Of a stretch of 64,000 nucleotides of DNA, positions 1 through 10,149 are shown piece by piece. The notes beneath the pieces are model-generated. The model saw only the letters and a program-made list of their open reading frames with translations. It was not told the DNA's origin and did not search any database. Every line of letters starts with the position of its first letter. Position 1 is the stretch's first letter. Where the stretch lies: assembly GCF_055900595.2 (NCBI RefSeq), contig NZ_CM148325.1; one strand, 5' to 3'. The translations under genes and the position numbers were made by a program.

Positions 1-535
1 TGACGAAACGAAAGCCAAAGCCGAATGGGATAAAGTGACGAGCAAACCCACCAGCCTGACGTTTCTCTACTCCGATAACGACCCGAACTGGGAACCTATT
101 GCTCTGGCAACACAATCCAGCCTCAACAAGCTGGGCATCAATGTGAAGCTGGAAAAGCTGGCGAACGCCACCATGCGCGACAGAGTAGGTAAAGGTGATT
201 ACGACATCGCGATTGGCAACTGGAGTCCGGATTTTGCCGACCCGTATATGTTTATGAATTACTGGTTTGAGTCCGACAAAAAAGGTCTGCCGGGTAACCG
301 CTCGTTCTATGAAAACAGTGAGGTCGATAAGCTACTGCGCAATGCGCTAGCGACCACCGACCAGACGCAGCGTACCCGGGACTACCAGCAGGCACAGAAA
401 ATCGTCATTGATGACGCTGCTTATGTGTACCTGTTCCAGAAAAACTACCAACTGGCGATGAACAAAGAGGTGAAAGGCTTTGTGTTCAATCCCATGCTGG
501 AACAGATCTTCAATATCAATACCATGAGTAAATAA
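1..535 (+). CDS. ddpA: D,D-dipeptide ABC transporter periplasmic binding protein, C-terminal part (5-prime end outside window)
   Basis: Reading frame is open from the window edge to the stop at 533-535. Translation shows a family-5 solute-binding protein C-terminus. Position immediately upstream of ddpBCDF matches the ddp operon. Confidence 0.85.
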   Translation, partial: DETKAKAEWDKVTSKPTSLTFLYSDNDPNWEPIALATQSSLNKLGINVKLEKLANATMRDRVGKGDYDIAIGNWSPDFADPYMFMNYWFESDKKGLPGNRSFYENSEVDKLLRNALATTDQTQRTRDYQQAQKIVIDDAAYVYLFQKNYQLAMNKEVKGFVFNPMLEQIFNINTMSK

Positions 536-536
536 C

Positions 537-1559
537 GTGACCTTCTGGAGTATTTTACGCCAACGCTGCTGGGGGCTGGTGCTCGTGGTGGCGGGCGTCT
601 GTGTGATTACGTTTATTATCTCGCACCTGATCCCCGGCGACCCGGCGCGGTTACTGGCGGGTGACCGCGCCAGCGATGCTATCGTGGATAATATTCGCCA
701 GCAACTGGGACTGGACCAGCCACTGTACGTACAGTTTTACCGCTACGTCAGCGACCTGTTTCAGGGTGACCTGGGAACATCCATTCGTACCGGGCGTCCG
801 GTGCTGGAAGAGTTGCGCATATTTTTCCCGGCGACGCTGGAACTGGCATTTTGCGCTCTGCTGCTGGCACTCCTGGTTGGTATCCCGCTGGGCATACTCT
901 CTGCAGTCTGGCGAAATCGCTGGCTGGATCATCTGGTGCGAATAATGGCCATTACCGGAATCTCCACACCTGCGTTCTGGCTTGGGCTGGGCGTCATTGT
1001 GCTGTTTTATGGTCATCTGCAAATTCTTCCCGGCGGCGGAAGGCTTGATGACTGGCTGGATCCACCAACGCACGTTACCGGCTTTTATCTGCTCGATGCG
1101 CTGCTTGAAGGCAACGGTGAAGTCTTCTTCAATGCGCTGCAACATCTCATCTTACCGGCATTAACGCTGGCGTTCGTTCACCTGGGGATTGTCGCTCGCC
1201 AGATCCGCTCAGCTATGCTGGAACAATTGAGTGAAGACTACATTCGTACCGCCCGGGCCAGCGGCTTGCCCGGCTGGTATATCGTTTTATGTTACGCGCT
1301 ACCCAATGCGTTGATCCCCTCGATTACCGTATTGGGGCTGGCGCTGGGCGATTTGTTGTATGGCGCAGTGCTCACCGAAACCGTTTTTGCCTGGCCTGGA
1401 ATGGGTGCATGGGTAGTAACATCAATACAGGCGCTCGACTTCCCGGCAGTGATGGGCTTTGCCGTCGTGGTTTCATTTGCTTATGTGCTGGTCAACCTGG
1501 TGGTGGATTTGCTCTATTTGTGGATTGATCCGCGTATCGGACGTGGAGGTGATGAATGA
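537..1559 (+). CDS. ddpB: D,D-dipeptide ABC transporter permease
   Basis: 340-aa ORF with multiple hydrophobic segments typical of a DppB-type permease. Tightly coupled to flanking ddp genes. Confidence 0.9.
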   Translation: MTFWSILRQRCWGLVLVVAGVCVITFIISHLIPGDPARLLAGDRASDAIVDNIRQQLGLDQPLYVQFYRYVSDLFQGDLGTSIRTGRPVLEELRIFFPATLELAFCALLLALLVGIPLGILSAVWRNRWLDHLVRIMAITGISTPAFWLGLGVIVLFYGHLQILPGGGRLDDWLDPPTHVTGFYLLDALLEGNGEVFFNALQHLILPALTLAFVHLGIVARQIRSAMLEQLSEDYIRTARASGLPGWYIVLCYALPNALIPSITVLGLALGDLLYGAVLTETVFAWPGMGAWVVTSIQALDFPAVMGFAVVVSFAYVLVNLVVDLLYLWIDPRIGRGGDE

Positions 1560-2452
1560 TGCTAAGCGAGGAAACGTCCGTCGTACGCCCACCAAAACAA
1601 ACGCGATTTAACGGTGCAAAACTGGTATGGATGCTGAAAGGCAGTCCGCTCACCGTGACCGGCGCAGTCATCATTGTATTAATGCTACTGATGATGATTT
1701 TTTCACCGTGGCTGGCGACGCATGATCCCAACGCCATTGATTTAACTGCCCGCCTTTTGCCGCCTTCTGCGGCGCACTGGTTTGGCACCGATGAAGTGGG
1801 ACGCGATCTGTTTAGCCGCGTACTGGTCGGCAGTCAGCAATCAATTCTCGCCGGATTAGTGGTGGTCGCCATTGCGGGTATGATGGGTTCGCTACTCGGG
1901 TGTCTATCCGGTGTGCTTGGCGGCCGCGCAGACGCGATCATCATGCGCATCATGGACATTATGCTGTCGATTCCTTCGCTGGTGCTGACAATGGCGCTGG
2001 CTGCCGCACTTGGACCGAGTTTGTTTAACGCCATGCTGGCGATTGCTATCGTGCGTATCCCGTTTTATGTGCGCCTGGCGCGGGGGCAAACATTAGTTGT
2101 TCGCCAGTACACTTACGTTCAGGCGGCGAAAACCTTTGGTGCGTCGCGTTGGCATCTGATCAACTGGCATATTTTACGTAACTCCCTGCCGCCGCTGATT
2201 GTGCAGGCATCGCTGGATATTGGTAGCGCGATTTTAATGGCCGCCACGTTGGGATTTATTGGCCTGGGTGCTCAACAACCGAGTGCTGAATGGGGGGCGA
2301 TGGTGGCGAATGGCCGCAACTATGTGCTCGATCAATGGTGGTATTGCGCATTTCCGGGGGCAGCGATTTTGCTTACCGCCGTCGGGTTCAATCTCTTTGG
2401 TGATGGTATTCGCGATCTGCTTGACCCGAAAGCAGGAGGAAAGCAGTCATGA
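1556..2452 (+). CDS. ddpC: D,D-dipeptide ABC transporter permease
   Basis: 298-aa membrane protein of DppC type. 4-bp overlap with ddpB indicates translational coupling. Confidence 0.9.
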   Translation: MMLSEETSVVRPPKQTRFNGAKLVWMLKGSPLTVTGAVIIVLMLLMMIFSPWLATHDPNAIDLTARLLPPSAAHWFGTDEVGRDLFSRVLVGSQQSILAGLVVVAIAGMMGSLLGCLSGVLGGRADAIIMRIMDIMLSIPSLVLTMALAAALGPSLFNAMLAIAIVRIPFYVRLARGQTLVVRQYTYVQAAKTFGASRWHLINWHILRNSLPPLIVQASLDIGSAILMAATLGFIGLGAQQPSAEWGAMVANGRNYVLDQWWYCAFPGAAILLTAVGFNLFGDGIRDLLDPKAGGKQS

Positions 2453-3435
2453 CCCAACCCGTTCTGGACATTCAACAGCTGCATTTGAGTTTCTCCGGTT
2501 TTAACGGCGACGTTCACGCGCTCAACAATGTGTCATTGAAAATCAACCGCGGTGAAATTGTCGGTCTGGTGGGAGAATCCGGCTCGGGTAAATCAGTCAC
2601 TGCAATGTTGATTATGCGTCTGTTACCGACGGGTAGTTATTGCGTACATCGGGGACATATTTCACTGCTGGGAGAAGATGCTCTTAACGCTCGGGAAAAA
2701 CAGCTTCGTCAGTGGCGCGGCGCACGAGTGGCGATGATCTTTCAGGAACCGATGACCGCCCTAAATCCGACACGTCGAATAGGTCTTCAGATGATGGACG
2801 TGATCCGCCATCATCAACCAATAAGTCGTAGGGAAGCCAGAGCTAAAGCGATTGCCCTGCTGGAAGAGATGCAAATCCCGGATGCCGTGGAAGTTATGTC
2901 GCGCTATCCGTTTGAGCTTTCAGGTGGTATGCGCCAGCGGGTAATGATTGCGCTGGCATTCTCCTGCGAGCCGCAATTGATTATTGCCGACGAACCGACT
3001 ACGGCGCTGGACGTCACGGTACAGTTGCAGGTACTGCGTCTGCTTAAACATAAAGCCCGCGCCAGTGGAACTGCGGTACTGTTCATCAGCCATGATATGG
3101 CCGTGGTGTCGCAACTGTGCGATAGCGTTTACGTGATGTATGCCGGAAGCGTGATCGAGAGCGGCATGACGGCAGACGTTATCCATCATCCCCAGCATCC
3201 GTATACCATTGGTTTGCTGCAATGCGCACCGGAACATGGAATACCACGCCAGCCATTACCCGCCATTCCAGGGACGGTACCAAACCTCACCCATTTGCCT
3301 GACGGCTGCGCTTTTCGCGATCGTTGCTATGCGGCAGGTACACAGTGTGAAAACGTCCCGGCGCTGACAGCGTGTGGTGACAACAACCACCGCTGCGCCT
3401 GTTGGTATCCTCAGCAGGAGGTCATTAGTGTCTGA
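2449..3435 (+). CDS. ddpD: D,D-dipeptide ABC transporter ATP-binding protein
   Basis: Walker A (GESGSGKS), ABC signature (LSGGMRQR) and Walker B (IIADEPTTALD) are present in the translation. Confidence 0.9.
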   Translation: MTQPVLDIQQLHLSFSGFNGDVHALNNVSLKINRGEIVGLVGESGSGKSVTAMLIMRLLPTGSYCVHRGHISLLGEDALNAREKQLRQWRGARVAMIFQEPMTALNPTRRIGLQMMDVIRHHQPISRREARAKAIALLEEMQIPDAVEVMSRYPFELSGGMRQRVMIALAFSCEPQLIIADEPTTALDVTVQLQVLRLLKHKARASGTAVLFISHDMAVVSQLCDSVYVMYAGSVIESGMTADVIHHPQHPYTIGLLQCAPEHGIPRQPLPAIPGTVPNLTHLPDGCAFRDRCYAAGTQCENVPALTACGDNNHRCACWYPQQEVISV

Positions 3436-4354
3436 CACGTTATTAACGTTACGCGACGTCCATATCAATTTCCCGGCCCGAAAAAACTGGCTTGGTAAAA
3501 CTACGGAACATGTTCATGCCATCAATGGTATTGATTTACAGATCCGTCGTGGTGAAACCTTAGGGATCGTCGGTGAGTCAGGCTGCGGCAAAAGCACCCT
3601 CGCACAGCTTTTAATGGGTATGCTGCAACCGAGCCACGGGCAGTACATCCGTTCAGGATCACAACGCATTATGCAGATGGTGTTTCAGGACCCGCTCTCT
3701 TCGCTTAATCCGCGCTTACCGGTGTGGCGCATCATCACGGAACCGCTCTGGATTGCTAAGCGTAGTAGTGAACAACAGCGGCGAGCGTTGGCAGAGGAGC
3801 TGGCTGTGCAGGTGGGTATTCGTCCGGAGTATCTCGACCGCTTGCCTCATGCGTTCTCAGGCGGGCAGCGGCAACGTATCGCCATTGCCAGAGCACTCTC
3901 TTCGCAGCCTGACGTGATTGTGCTTGATGAACCCACCTCGGCGCTGGATATCTCCGTCCAGGCGCAGATCCTCAATTTACTGGTAACGCTACAGGAAAAT
4001 CGCGGGCTGACTTATGTGCTGATTTCACACAATGTCTCGGTGATTCGTCATATGAGCGATCGGGTAGCGGTGATGTATCTCGGACAGATTGTGGAACTGG
4101 GCGACGCGCAGCAGGTGCTCTCTACTCCGGCACATCCATACACCCGATTATTGCTGGATTCCCTGCCCGCCATTGATAAACCGCTGGAGGAAGAATGGGC
4201 ATTGCGTAAAACGGAACTACCAGGAAACCGCACGTTGCCGCCGGGCTGTTTTTTCCGCGAACGTTGCCCCCTGGCAACCAGCGGATGTGAAGTTCGGCAA
4301 TCATTCACGACGCGGGAGGACGGACGTGAGATCAGGTGCTGGCGGGCGCTGTAG
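3428..4354 (+). CDS. ddpF: D,D-dipeptide ABC transporter ATP-binding protein
   Basis: Walker A (GESGCGKST), signature (FSGGQRQR) and Walker B (LDEPTSALD) are present. Start placed at the GTG overlapping the ddpD stop (gtgtctga), giving 308 aa; the track ORF begins further upstream inside ddpD. Confidence 0.85.
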   Translation: MSDTLLTLRDVHINFPARKNWLGKTTEHVHAINGIDLQIRRGETLGIVGESGCGKSTLAQLLMGMLQPSHGQYIRSGSQRIMQMVFQDPLSSLNPRLPVWRIITEPLWIAKRSSEQQRRALAEELAVQVGIRPEYLDRLPHAFSGGQRQRIAIARALSSQPDVIVLDEPTSALDISVQAQILNLLVTLQENRGLTYVLISHNVSVIRHMSDRVAVMYLGQIVELGDAQQVLSTPAHPYTRLLLDSLPAIDKPLEEEWALRKTELPGNRTLPPGCFFRERCPLATSGCEVRQSFTTREDGREIRCWRAL

Positions 4355-4362
4355 AGACGCTA

Positions 4363-4408
4363 ACAACGCATCAGGCAATCACGCGCCTGACGCGTCATCC
4401 GGCAACGC
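4363..4408. repeat. REP-like palindromic unit between ddpF and osmC
   Basis: Imperfect palindromes rich in GCATCAGGC / GCCTGACGCG / CATCCGGC, resembling enterobacterial REP consensus. Confidence 0.5.
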
Positions 4409-4409
4409 T

Positions 4410-4841
4410 TTACGATTTCAACTGGTAATCAAGCGTAATTTCAGCTTTCAGTACCTGAGAAACCGGGCATCCTGCTTTTGCTTTCTGGATAATGCCGTCA
4501 AAAGTAGAGGCATCAATACCCGGCACCGCAACTTCGCTCTTCAGTGCGATTTTAGTAATCGCAAACCCGGCATCCACTTTATCCAGCGAGACATCGGCGG
4601 TGGTATCAATCGATGTGGGCGTGAATCCTGCTTCCCCCAGCATTAATGAAAGCGCCATTGAGAAACATGCTGCATGCGCCGCGCCAATCAGTTCTTCAGG
4701 GTTAGTTCCTTTTTCGCCTTCAAAACGCGTATTAAATCCATACGGCTGTTGGTTCAGCACGCCGCTCTCGGTGGATACGGTTCCCTTCCCGCGTTTGATA
4801 TCGCCTTCCCAGTGTGCCTGACCTTTCTTATGGATTGTCAT
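4410..4841 (-). CDS. osmC: osmotically inducible peroxiredoxin OsmC
   Basis: 143-aa ORF with OsmC/Ohr-family sequence (conserved cysteines in ...AAHAACFSMAL... context). Synteny with bdm and sra. Confidence 0.9.
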   Translation of the reverse strand: MTIHKKGQAHWEGDIKRGKGTVSTESGVLNQQPYGFNTRFEGEKGTNPEELIGAAHAACFSMALSLMLGEAGFTPTSIDTTADVSLDKVDAGFAITKIALKSEVAVPGIDASTFDGIIQKAKAGCPVSQVLKAEITLDYQLKS

Positions 4842-5185
4842 TGTTGCTCTCCTGTGGGCTTAAAAAGGAAATTATAGACTACGTGAGAAACAGCACGAGG
4901 ATAAGCAGGATATTCCGAATAGAATCCGGCGAAAATATTATCTATGTACTTAAATAAAATTCCCACAATAGATAACCGGGAATATATAACTCAAGAGATA
5001 TTGCATCAATATTAATCGGATCATACCAATCACAATCCCTATGAATATCATGAAGTTAAAATATAAAAATCATCAACCAGGACTAATCTTAACAACGAAG
5101 CGGCAAATATTTGCCATGCTGAATGTGCTTTATAAATCTGCGATCCGTAGCAGACACCATAAATACACAGACACGGAGAATCACT

Positions 5186-5401
5186 ATGTTTACTTATTAT
5201 CAGGCAGAAAATTCAACAGCAGAACCCGCTCTGGTTAATGCCATTGAGCAAGGCCTTCGGGCAGAACACGGTGTTGTCACTGAAGATGACATTCTCATGG
5301 AGCTGACCAAATGGGTGGAAGCTTCTGATAACGACATCCTCAGTGATATCTACCAGCAAACGATCAATTATGTGGTCAGTGGCCAGCACCCTACGCTTTA
5401 A
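5186..5401 (+). CDS. bdm: biofilm-dependent modulation protein
   Basis: 71-aa product beginning MFTYYQAENSTAEPALVNAIEQG. Internal ATG chosen within the longer track ORF 5123..5401. Synteny osmC-bdm-sra. Confidence 0.8.
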   Translation: MFTYYQAENSTAEPALVNAIEQGLRAEHGVVTEDDILMELTKWVEASDNDILSDIYQQTINYVVSGQHPTL

Positions 5402-5502
5402 GGTGCTATGCTTGATCGGCAACCTAATTTAGGGGTTTAGCACGTGTTTCTTCGCTACGGCGATGTTGTCCTTAAAACTAGCAACAGGATTGAGGAGTTA
5501 AA

Positions 5503-5640
5503 ATGAAATCGAACCGTCAGGCACGTCATATTCTTGGACTGGACCATAAAATTTCTAACCAGCGCAAAATAGTTACCGAAGGTGATAAATCCAGCGTGGT
5601 AAATAACCCAACCGGCAGAAAACGCCCCGCTGAAAAGTAA
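5503..5640 (+). CDS. sra: stationary-phase-induced ribosome-associated protein (protein D)
   Basis: 45-aa [48 protein letters not shown], read directly from the sequence (below the size cut-off of the ORF track). An RBS-like GAGGAG lies upstream and a terminator downstream. Confidence 0.8.
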
Positions 5641-5670
5641 TCTTTAACAATCAGTCCTCAATGACGATTA

Positions 5671-5705
5671 AACACCATTGCCTGCGCAATGGTGTTTTTG
5701 TTTTT
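5671..5705 (+). terminator. rho-independent terminator downstream of sra
   Basis: Inverted repeat AACACCATTG / CAATGGTGTT followed by a T-rich run. Confidence 0.7.
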
Positions 5706-5796
5706 AACTGCTTTATACTTGGAGCCGACGCCCTGGCGGTAAAGCAAAGACGATAAAAGCACCCCAGGGATGGATATTCAAAAAAGAGTGAGTGAC

Positions 5797-7494
5797 ATGG
5801 AACCAAAAACAAAAAAACAGCGTTCGCTTTATATTCCTTACGCTGGCCCTGTACTGCTGGAATTTCCCTTGTTGAATAAAGGCAGCGCCTTCAGCATGGA
5901 AGAACGCCGTAACTTCAACCTGCTGGGGTTACTGCCGGAAGTGGTCGAAACCATCGAAGAACAAGCGGAACGCGCATGGATCCAGTATCAGGGATTCAAA
6001 ACCGAAATCGACAAGCACATCTACCTGCGTAACATCCAGGACACTAACGAAACCCTCTTCTACCGTCTGGTAAACAATCATCTTGATGAGATGATGCCTG
6101 TTATTTATACCCCAACCGTCGGCGCAGCCTGTGAGCGTTTTTCTGAGATCTACCGCCGTTCACGCGGCGTGTTTATCTCTTACCAGAACCGCCACAATAT
6201 GGACGATATTCTGCAAAACGTACCGAACCATAATATTAAAGTGATTGTGGTGACGGACGGCGAACGTATTCTGGGGCTTGGTGACCAGGGCATCGGTGGG
6301 ATGGGTATTCCGATCGGTAAACTGTCGCTCTATACCGCCTGCGGTGGCATAAGCCCGGCGTATACACTGCCGGTGGTGCTGGATGTCGGGACGAACAACC
6401 AGCAGTTGCTTAACGATCCGCTGTATATGGGCTGGCGTAATCCACGTATCACTGACGACGAATACTATGAATTCGTGGATGAATTTATCCAGGCTGTGAA
6501 ACAACGCTGGCCGGACGTGCTGTTGCAGTTTGAAGACTTCGCACAAAAAAATGCGATGCCGTTGCTTAACCGCTATCGCAATGAAATTTGTTCTTTTAAC
6601 GATGATATTCAGGGCACCGCGGCGGTAACAGTCGGCACACTGATCGCAGCCAGCCGTGCGGCGGGCGGTCAGTTAAGCGAGAAAAAAATCGTCTTCCTCG
6701 GCGCAGGTTCAGCAGGATGCGGCATTGCGGAGATGATCATCGCCCAGACCCAGCGTGAAGGATTAAGCGAAGAAGCGGCGCGGCAGAAAGTCTTTATGGT
6801 CGATCGCTTTGGTCTGCTCACCGACAAGATGCCGAATCTGCTGCCTTTTCAGACCAAACTGGTGCAGAAGCGCGAAAATCTCAGTGACTGGGATACTGAC
6901 AGCGATGTGCTGTCATTGCTTGATGTGGTGCGCAATGTCAAACCGGATATTCTGATTGGCGTCTCAGGACAGACCGGGCTGTTTACGGAAGAGATCATCC
7001 GTGAGATGCATAAATACTGTCCGCGTCCGATCGTGATGCCGCTGTCTAACCCGACTTCACGCGTGGAAGCCACACCTCAGGACATTATCGCCTGGACTGA
7101 AGGTAACGCGCTGGTCGCCACCGGCAGTCCGTTTAATCCGGTGGTATGGAAAGATAAAATCTACCCTATCGCGCAATGCAACAACGCTTTTATCTTCCCG
7201 GGCATTGGGCTGGGCGTTATTGCTTCCGGCGCGTCACGTATCACCGATGAGATGCTGATGTCAGCAAGCGAAACACTTGCTCAGTATTCGCCGCTGGTCC
7301 TGAACGGCGAAGGTCTGGTATTACCGGAACTGAAAGATATTCAGAAAGTCTCCCGCGCAATTGCGTTTGCGGTTGGCAAAATGGCGCAGCAGCAAGGTGT
7401 GGCGGTGAAAACGTCTGCCGAAGCTCTGCAACAGGCCATTGATGATAACTTCTGGCAAGCCGAATACCGCGACTACCGCCGTACATCCATCTAA
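5797..7494 (+). CDS. maeA: NAD-dependent malic enzyme
   Basis: 565-aa product starting [23 protein letters not shown] with malic-enzyme motifs ([20 protein letters not shown]-binding [10 protein letters not shown]). The track ORF starts 9 codons upstream at an alternative ATG. Confidence 0.9.
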   Translation: MEPKTKKQRSLYIPYAGPVLLEFPLLNKGSAFSMEERRNFNLLGLLPEVVETIEEQAERAWIQYQGFKTEIDKHIYLRNIQDTNETLFYRLVNNHLDEMMPVIYTPTVGAACERFSEIYRRSRGVFISYQNRHNMDDILQNVPNHNIKVIVVTDGERILGLGDQGIGGMGIPIGKLSLYTACGGISPAYTLPVVLDVGTNNQQLLNDPLYMGWRNPRITDDEYYEFVDEFIQAVKQRWPDVLLQFEDFAQKNAMPLLNRYRNEICSFNDDIQGTAAVTVGTLIAASRAAGGQLSEKKIVFLGAGSAGCGIAEMIIAQTQREGLSEEAARQKVFMVDRFGLLTDKMPNLLPFQTKLVQKRENLSDWDTDSDVLSLLDVVRNVKPDILIGVSGQTGLFTEEIIREMHKYCPRPIVMPLSNPTSRVEATPQDIIAWTEGNALVATGSPFNPVVWKDKIYPIAQCNNAFIFPGIGLGVIASGASRITDEMLMSASETLAQYSPLVLNGEGLVLPELKDIQKVSRAIAFAVGKMAQQQGVAVKTSAEALQQAIDDNFWQAEYRDYRRTSI

Positions 7495-7628
7495 GCCAGC
7501 GCCCGGTAGTGACTGCTACCGGGCAATTTTCCTCTTCCTTTTTCAGATCTCATCCATACTGGGTAGTGGCGAATAAATCTCATTTGCCTCACCTGCTATG
7601 CAGAACATCATCCGAAAAGGAGGAAACT

Positions 7629-8639
7629 ATGAAGGCTGCAGTTGTTACGAAGGATCATCATGTTGACGTTACGGATAAAACACTGCGCTCACTGAAACAT
7701 GGCGAAGCCCTGCTGAAAATGGAGTGTTGTGGCGTATGTCATACCGATCTTCATGTTAAGAATGGCGATTTTGGTGATAAAACCGGCGTAATTCTGGGAC
7801 ACGAAGGTATTGGTGTGGTGGCAGAAGTTGGCCCTGGTGTAACTTCATTAAAACCAGGCGATCGTGCCAGTGTGGCGTGGTTTTACGAAGGTTGCGGTCA
7901 TTGCGAATACTGTAACAGCGGCAACGAAACGCTGTGCCGTTCAGTAAAAAATGCCGGATACAGCGTTGATGGCGGTATGGCGGAAGAGTGCATCGTGGTC
8001 GCCGATTACGCAGTTAAAGTGCCGGATGGCCTGGACTCCGCGGCGGCTAGCAGCATTACCTGCGCGGGTGTCACCACCTACAAAGCAGTAAAACTGTCAA
8101 AAATTCGTCCAGGACAGTGGATTGCTATCTACGGTCTTGGCGGTCTGGGCAACCTCGCCCTGCAATATGCGAAAAATGTCTTTAATGCCAAAGTGATCGC
8201 CATTGATGTCAATGATGAGCAGTTGAAACTGGCAACCGAAATGGGTGCAGATTTAGCGATTAACTCACGCACCGAAGACGCCGCCAAAATTGTGCAGGAG
8301 AAAACTGGTGGCGCTCACGCTGCGGTGGTAACAGCGGTAGCTAAAGCTGCGTTTAACTCGGCAGTTGATGCTGTCCGTGCTGGCGGTCGTGTTGTGGCAG
8401 TCGGTCTGCCGCCGGAGTCTATGAGCCTGGATATCCCACGGCTGGTGCTGGATGGTATTGAAGTGGTCGGTTCGCTGGTTGGCACGCGCCAGGATCTCAC
8501 CGAAGCCTTCCAGTTTGCCGCCGAAGGCAAAGTGGTGCCGAAAGTCGCCCTGCGTCCGTTAGCGGACATCAACACCATCTTTACTGAGATGGAAGAAGGC
8601 AAAATCCGTGGCCGTATGGTGATTGATTTCCGCCGCTAA
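7629..8639 (+). CDS. adhP: zinc-dependent alcohol dehydrogenase (propanol-preferring)
   Basis: 336-aa product from [11 protein letters not shown], preceded by AGGAGG. Contains the zinc-ADH signature GHEGIGVV and Rossmann motif GLGGLG. Confidence 0.9.
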   Translation: MKAAVVTKDHHVDVTDKTLRSLKHGEALLKMECCGVCHTDLHVKNGDFGDKTGVILGHEGIGVVAEVGPGVTSLKPGDRASVAWFYEGCGHCEYCNSGNETLCRSVKNAGYSVDGGMAEECIVVADYAVKVPDGLDSAAASSITCAGVTTYKAVKLSKIRPGQWIAIYGLGGLGNLALQYAKNVFNAKVIAIDVNDEQLKLATEMGADLAINSRTEDAAKIVQEKTGGAHAAVVTAVAKAAFNSAVDAVRAGGRVVAVGLPPESMSLDIPRLVLDGIEVVGSLVGTRQDLTEAFQFAAEGKVVPKVALRPLADINTIFTEMEEGKIRGRMVIDFRR

Positions 8640-8648
8640 GAGGCCTTT

Positions 8649-8684
8649 GCTGCGACTGCCATGTTCGGGTCGCAGCCTGTTTTG
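8649..8684 (+). terminator. rho-independent terminator downstream of adhP
   Basis: GCTGCGAC ... GTCGCAGC stem followed by CTGTTTTG. Confidence 0.6.
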
Positions 8685-8824
8685 CGAGACGCTTTCCGCA
8701 ATTTCACTCTTCTTCTTTTCCTCCCCCATCTTTCCCCTCACAATTCGCGAAAACGTAGCGAAATTTGTTGCGCTGCACGGAACAATAGTGATAGTGTTCC
8801 TTTCGAGGGAACAAGGATGAAGAG

Positions 8825-9103
8825 ATGATAATGAATTTCAGACACAAGGGATTGCGTGACTTGTTTCTTCTCGGCAAAACCTCCGGCGTTATACCGACGC
8901 AAATCAAACGATTACGCCACCGACTCGCTGTGATTGATGCAGCAAGCTGTCTTGCTGATCTCGATATGCCCGGTTACCGACTACACCCGTTAAGCGGCGA
9001 TCGTGATGGAATTTGGGCGATATCTGTCTCGGGCAACTGGCGAATCACATTTGAATTCGTCAATGGCGATGCATACATACTGGATTACGAGGACTATCAC
9101 TGA
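8825..9103 (+). CDS. HigB/RelE-family toxin-like protein (plasmid-maintenance-killer type)
   Basis: 92-aa basic ORF directly upstream of, and overlapping by 1 nt with, an XRE-type HTH gene. Toxin-first order is typical of higBA modules. Start may be the ATG at 8825 or at 8831. Family assignment is from size, charge and context only. Confidence 0.6.
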
Positions 9104-9387
9104 TGAAAATGGCCAATCATCCCCGCCCGGGGGACATTATTCAGGAATCACTGGACGAGCTGAACGTCAGCCTGCGCGAGTTTGCCAGAGCAATGGAAAT
9201 TGCGCCCTCAACGGCAAGCCGATTGCTGACCGGAAAAGCCGCGTTGACGCCAGAAATGGCGATTAAACTTTCCGTGGTGATCGGCAGTTCGCCGCAAATG
9301 TGGCTGAATCTACAAAACGCCTGGAGTCTGGCAGAGGCAGAAAAAACGGTAGATGTGTCGCGACTACGCCGTCTGGTTACGCAATAA
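9103..9387 (+). CDS. yddM: HigA-type HTH (XRE family) antitoxin-like DNA-binding protein
   Basis: 94-aa ORF with an HTH segment ([27 protein letters not shown]). Located between adhP and fdnI, as yddM is in K-12. Confidence 0.75.
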
Positions 9388-9419
9388 ATAAATATCCTCC
9401 GGCATAGCCGGAGGTTTTT

Positions 9420-10095
9420 CAAATGCGCCTGTAAGGCTCTGTTACCAGCCGCGCCCTAACAGGCGCATACGATCTGACATTTGCATTCAACTTCGTTACT
9501 TACGGCCCGTAAACGGGCTGCCCGGATATGGAATCGATAACTGCTCCCCCATTTTATCCTCTTCAAGCTGGTGCTTTATGTAGTCCTGTATCTTCGCCGT
9601 GTTCTTACCCACCGTATCGACATAGTACCCTCGGCACCAGAACTCCCTGTTTCTGTATTTGAATTTCAAATCCCCAAACTGCTCGTAAAGCATCAGACTG
9701 CTTTTCCCTTTCAGATATCCCATAAAGCCGGATACGCTCATTTTGGGTGGGATTTCCACAAGCATATGGATATGATCTGCGCAGCACTCTGCTTCCAGAA
9801 TCCGTACGCTTTTCCACTCACACAGCTTTCTCAAAATACTGCCTATCGCCCTACGCTTCTCTCCGTAAAACGCCAGTCTTCGGTATTTCGGCGCAAAAAC
9901 TATGTGATATTTACAGTTCCAGCGGGTGTGCGCTAAGCTCTTTTCGTCCCCCATTGGGACCCCCTTTTGATTTCTTGTTTGACACTTGCAGTTGCCAGAC
10001 CGCAAGGTGTTTTAACAAATCAAAAGGGGTTTTAATAACTGGCTCAAAGCTGAAAGCTTTCCGGAACCCCCAGCCTAGCTGGGGGTTTTCTGTGC
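9420..10095 (-). mobile_element. IS200 insertion sequence (IS200/IS605 family); boundaries approximate
   Basis: Contains an IS200-type tnpA. The upstream end carries a GC hairpin (CCCCCAGCCTAGCTGGGGG at 10066-10085) and a long imperfect palindrome at 9961-10030 that would occlude the tnpA RBS, as described for IS200. Exact termini could not be fixed by eye. Confidence 0.7.
9496..9954 (-). CDS. tnpA: IS200 transposase TnpA (Y1/HUH transposase)
   Basis: 152-aa product MGDEKSLAHTRWNCKYHIVFAPKYRR ... with the HUH motif (HIHML) and catalytic Tyr region typical of IS200 TnpA. The track ORF extends 17 codons upstream. Confidence 0.9.
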   Translation of the reverse strand: MGDEKSLAHTRWNCKYHIVFAPKYRRLAFYGEKRRAIGSILRKLCEWKSVRILEAECCADHIHMLVEIPPKMSVSGFMGYLKGKSSLMLYEQFGDLKFKYRNREFWCRGYYVDTVGKNTAKIQDYIKHQLEEDKMGEQLSIPYPGSPFTGRK

Positions 10096-10097
10096 AC

Positions 10098-10131
10098 AAA
10101 AAAATGGCGCTTTTTACAGCGCCATTTTCAG
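10098..10131 (-). terminator. hairpin terminator downstream of fdnI (potentially bidirectional)
   Basis: AAAATGGCGC ... GCGCCATTTT perfect inverted repeat flanked by A/T runs, immediately 3-prime of the fdnI stop. Confidence 0.6.
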
Positions 10132-10149
10132 CTTAAAGTTCAAAAGAGA

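Noticed and set aside
651-1145. 164-aa minus-strand ORF inside ddpB and other short overlapping ORFs in ddpBCDF
   Set aside because: Embedded antisense or out of frame in clearly coding ABC transporter genes.
4089-4646. 185-aa plus-strand ORF spanning the ddpF 3-prime end, the REP element and osmC
   Set aside because: Runs through an intergenic REP and antisense to osmC; frame is incompatible with both real genes.
5041-5238. 65-aa ORF upstream of and overlapping the bdm start
   Set aside because: Lies in the AT-rich osmC/bdm promoter region and overlaps the bdm ATG in another frame.
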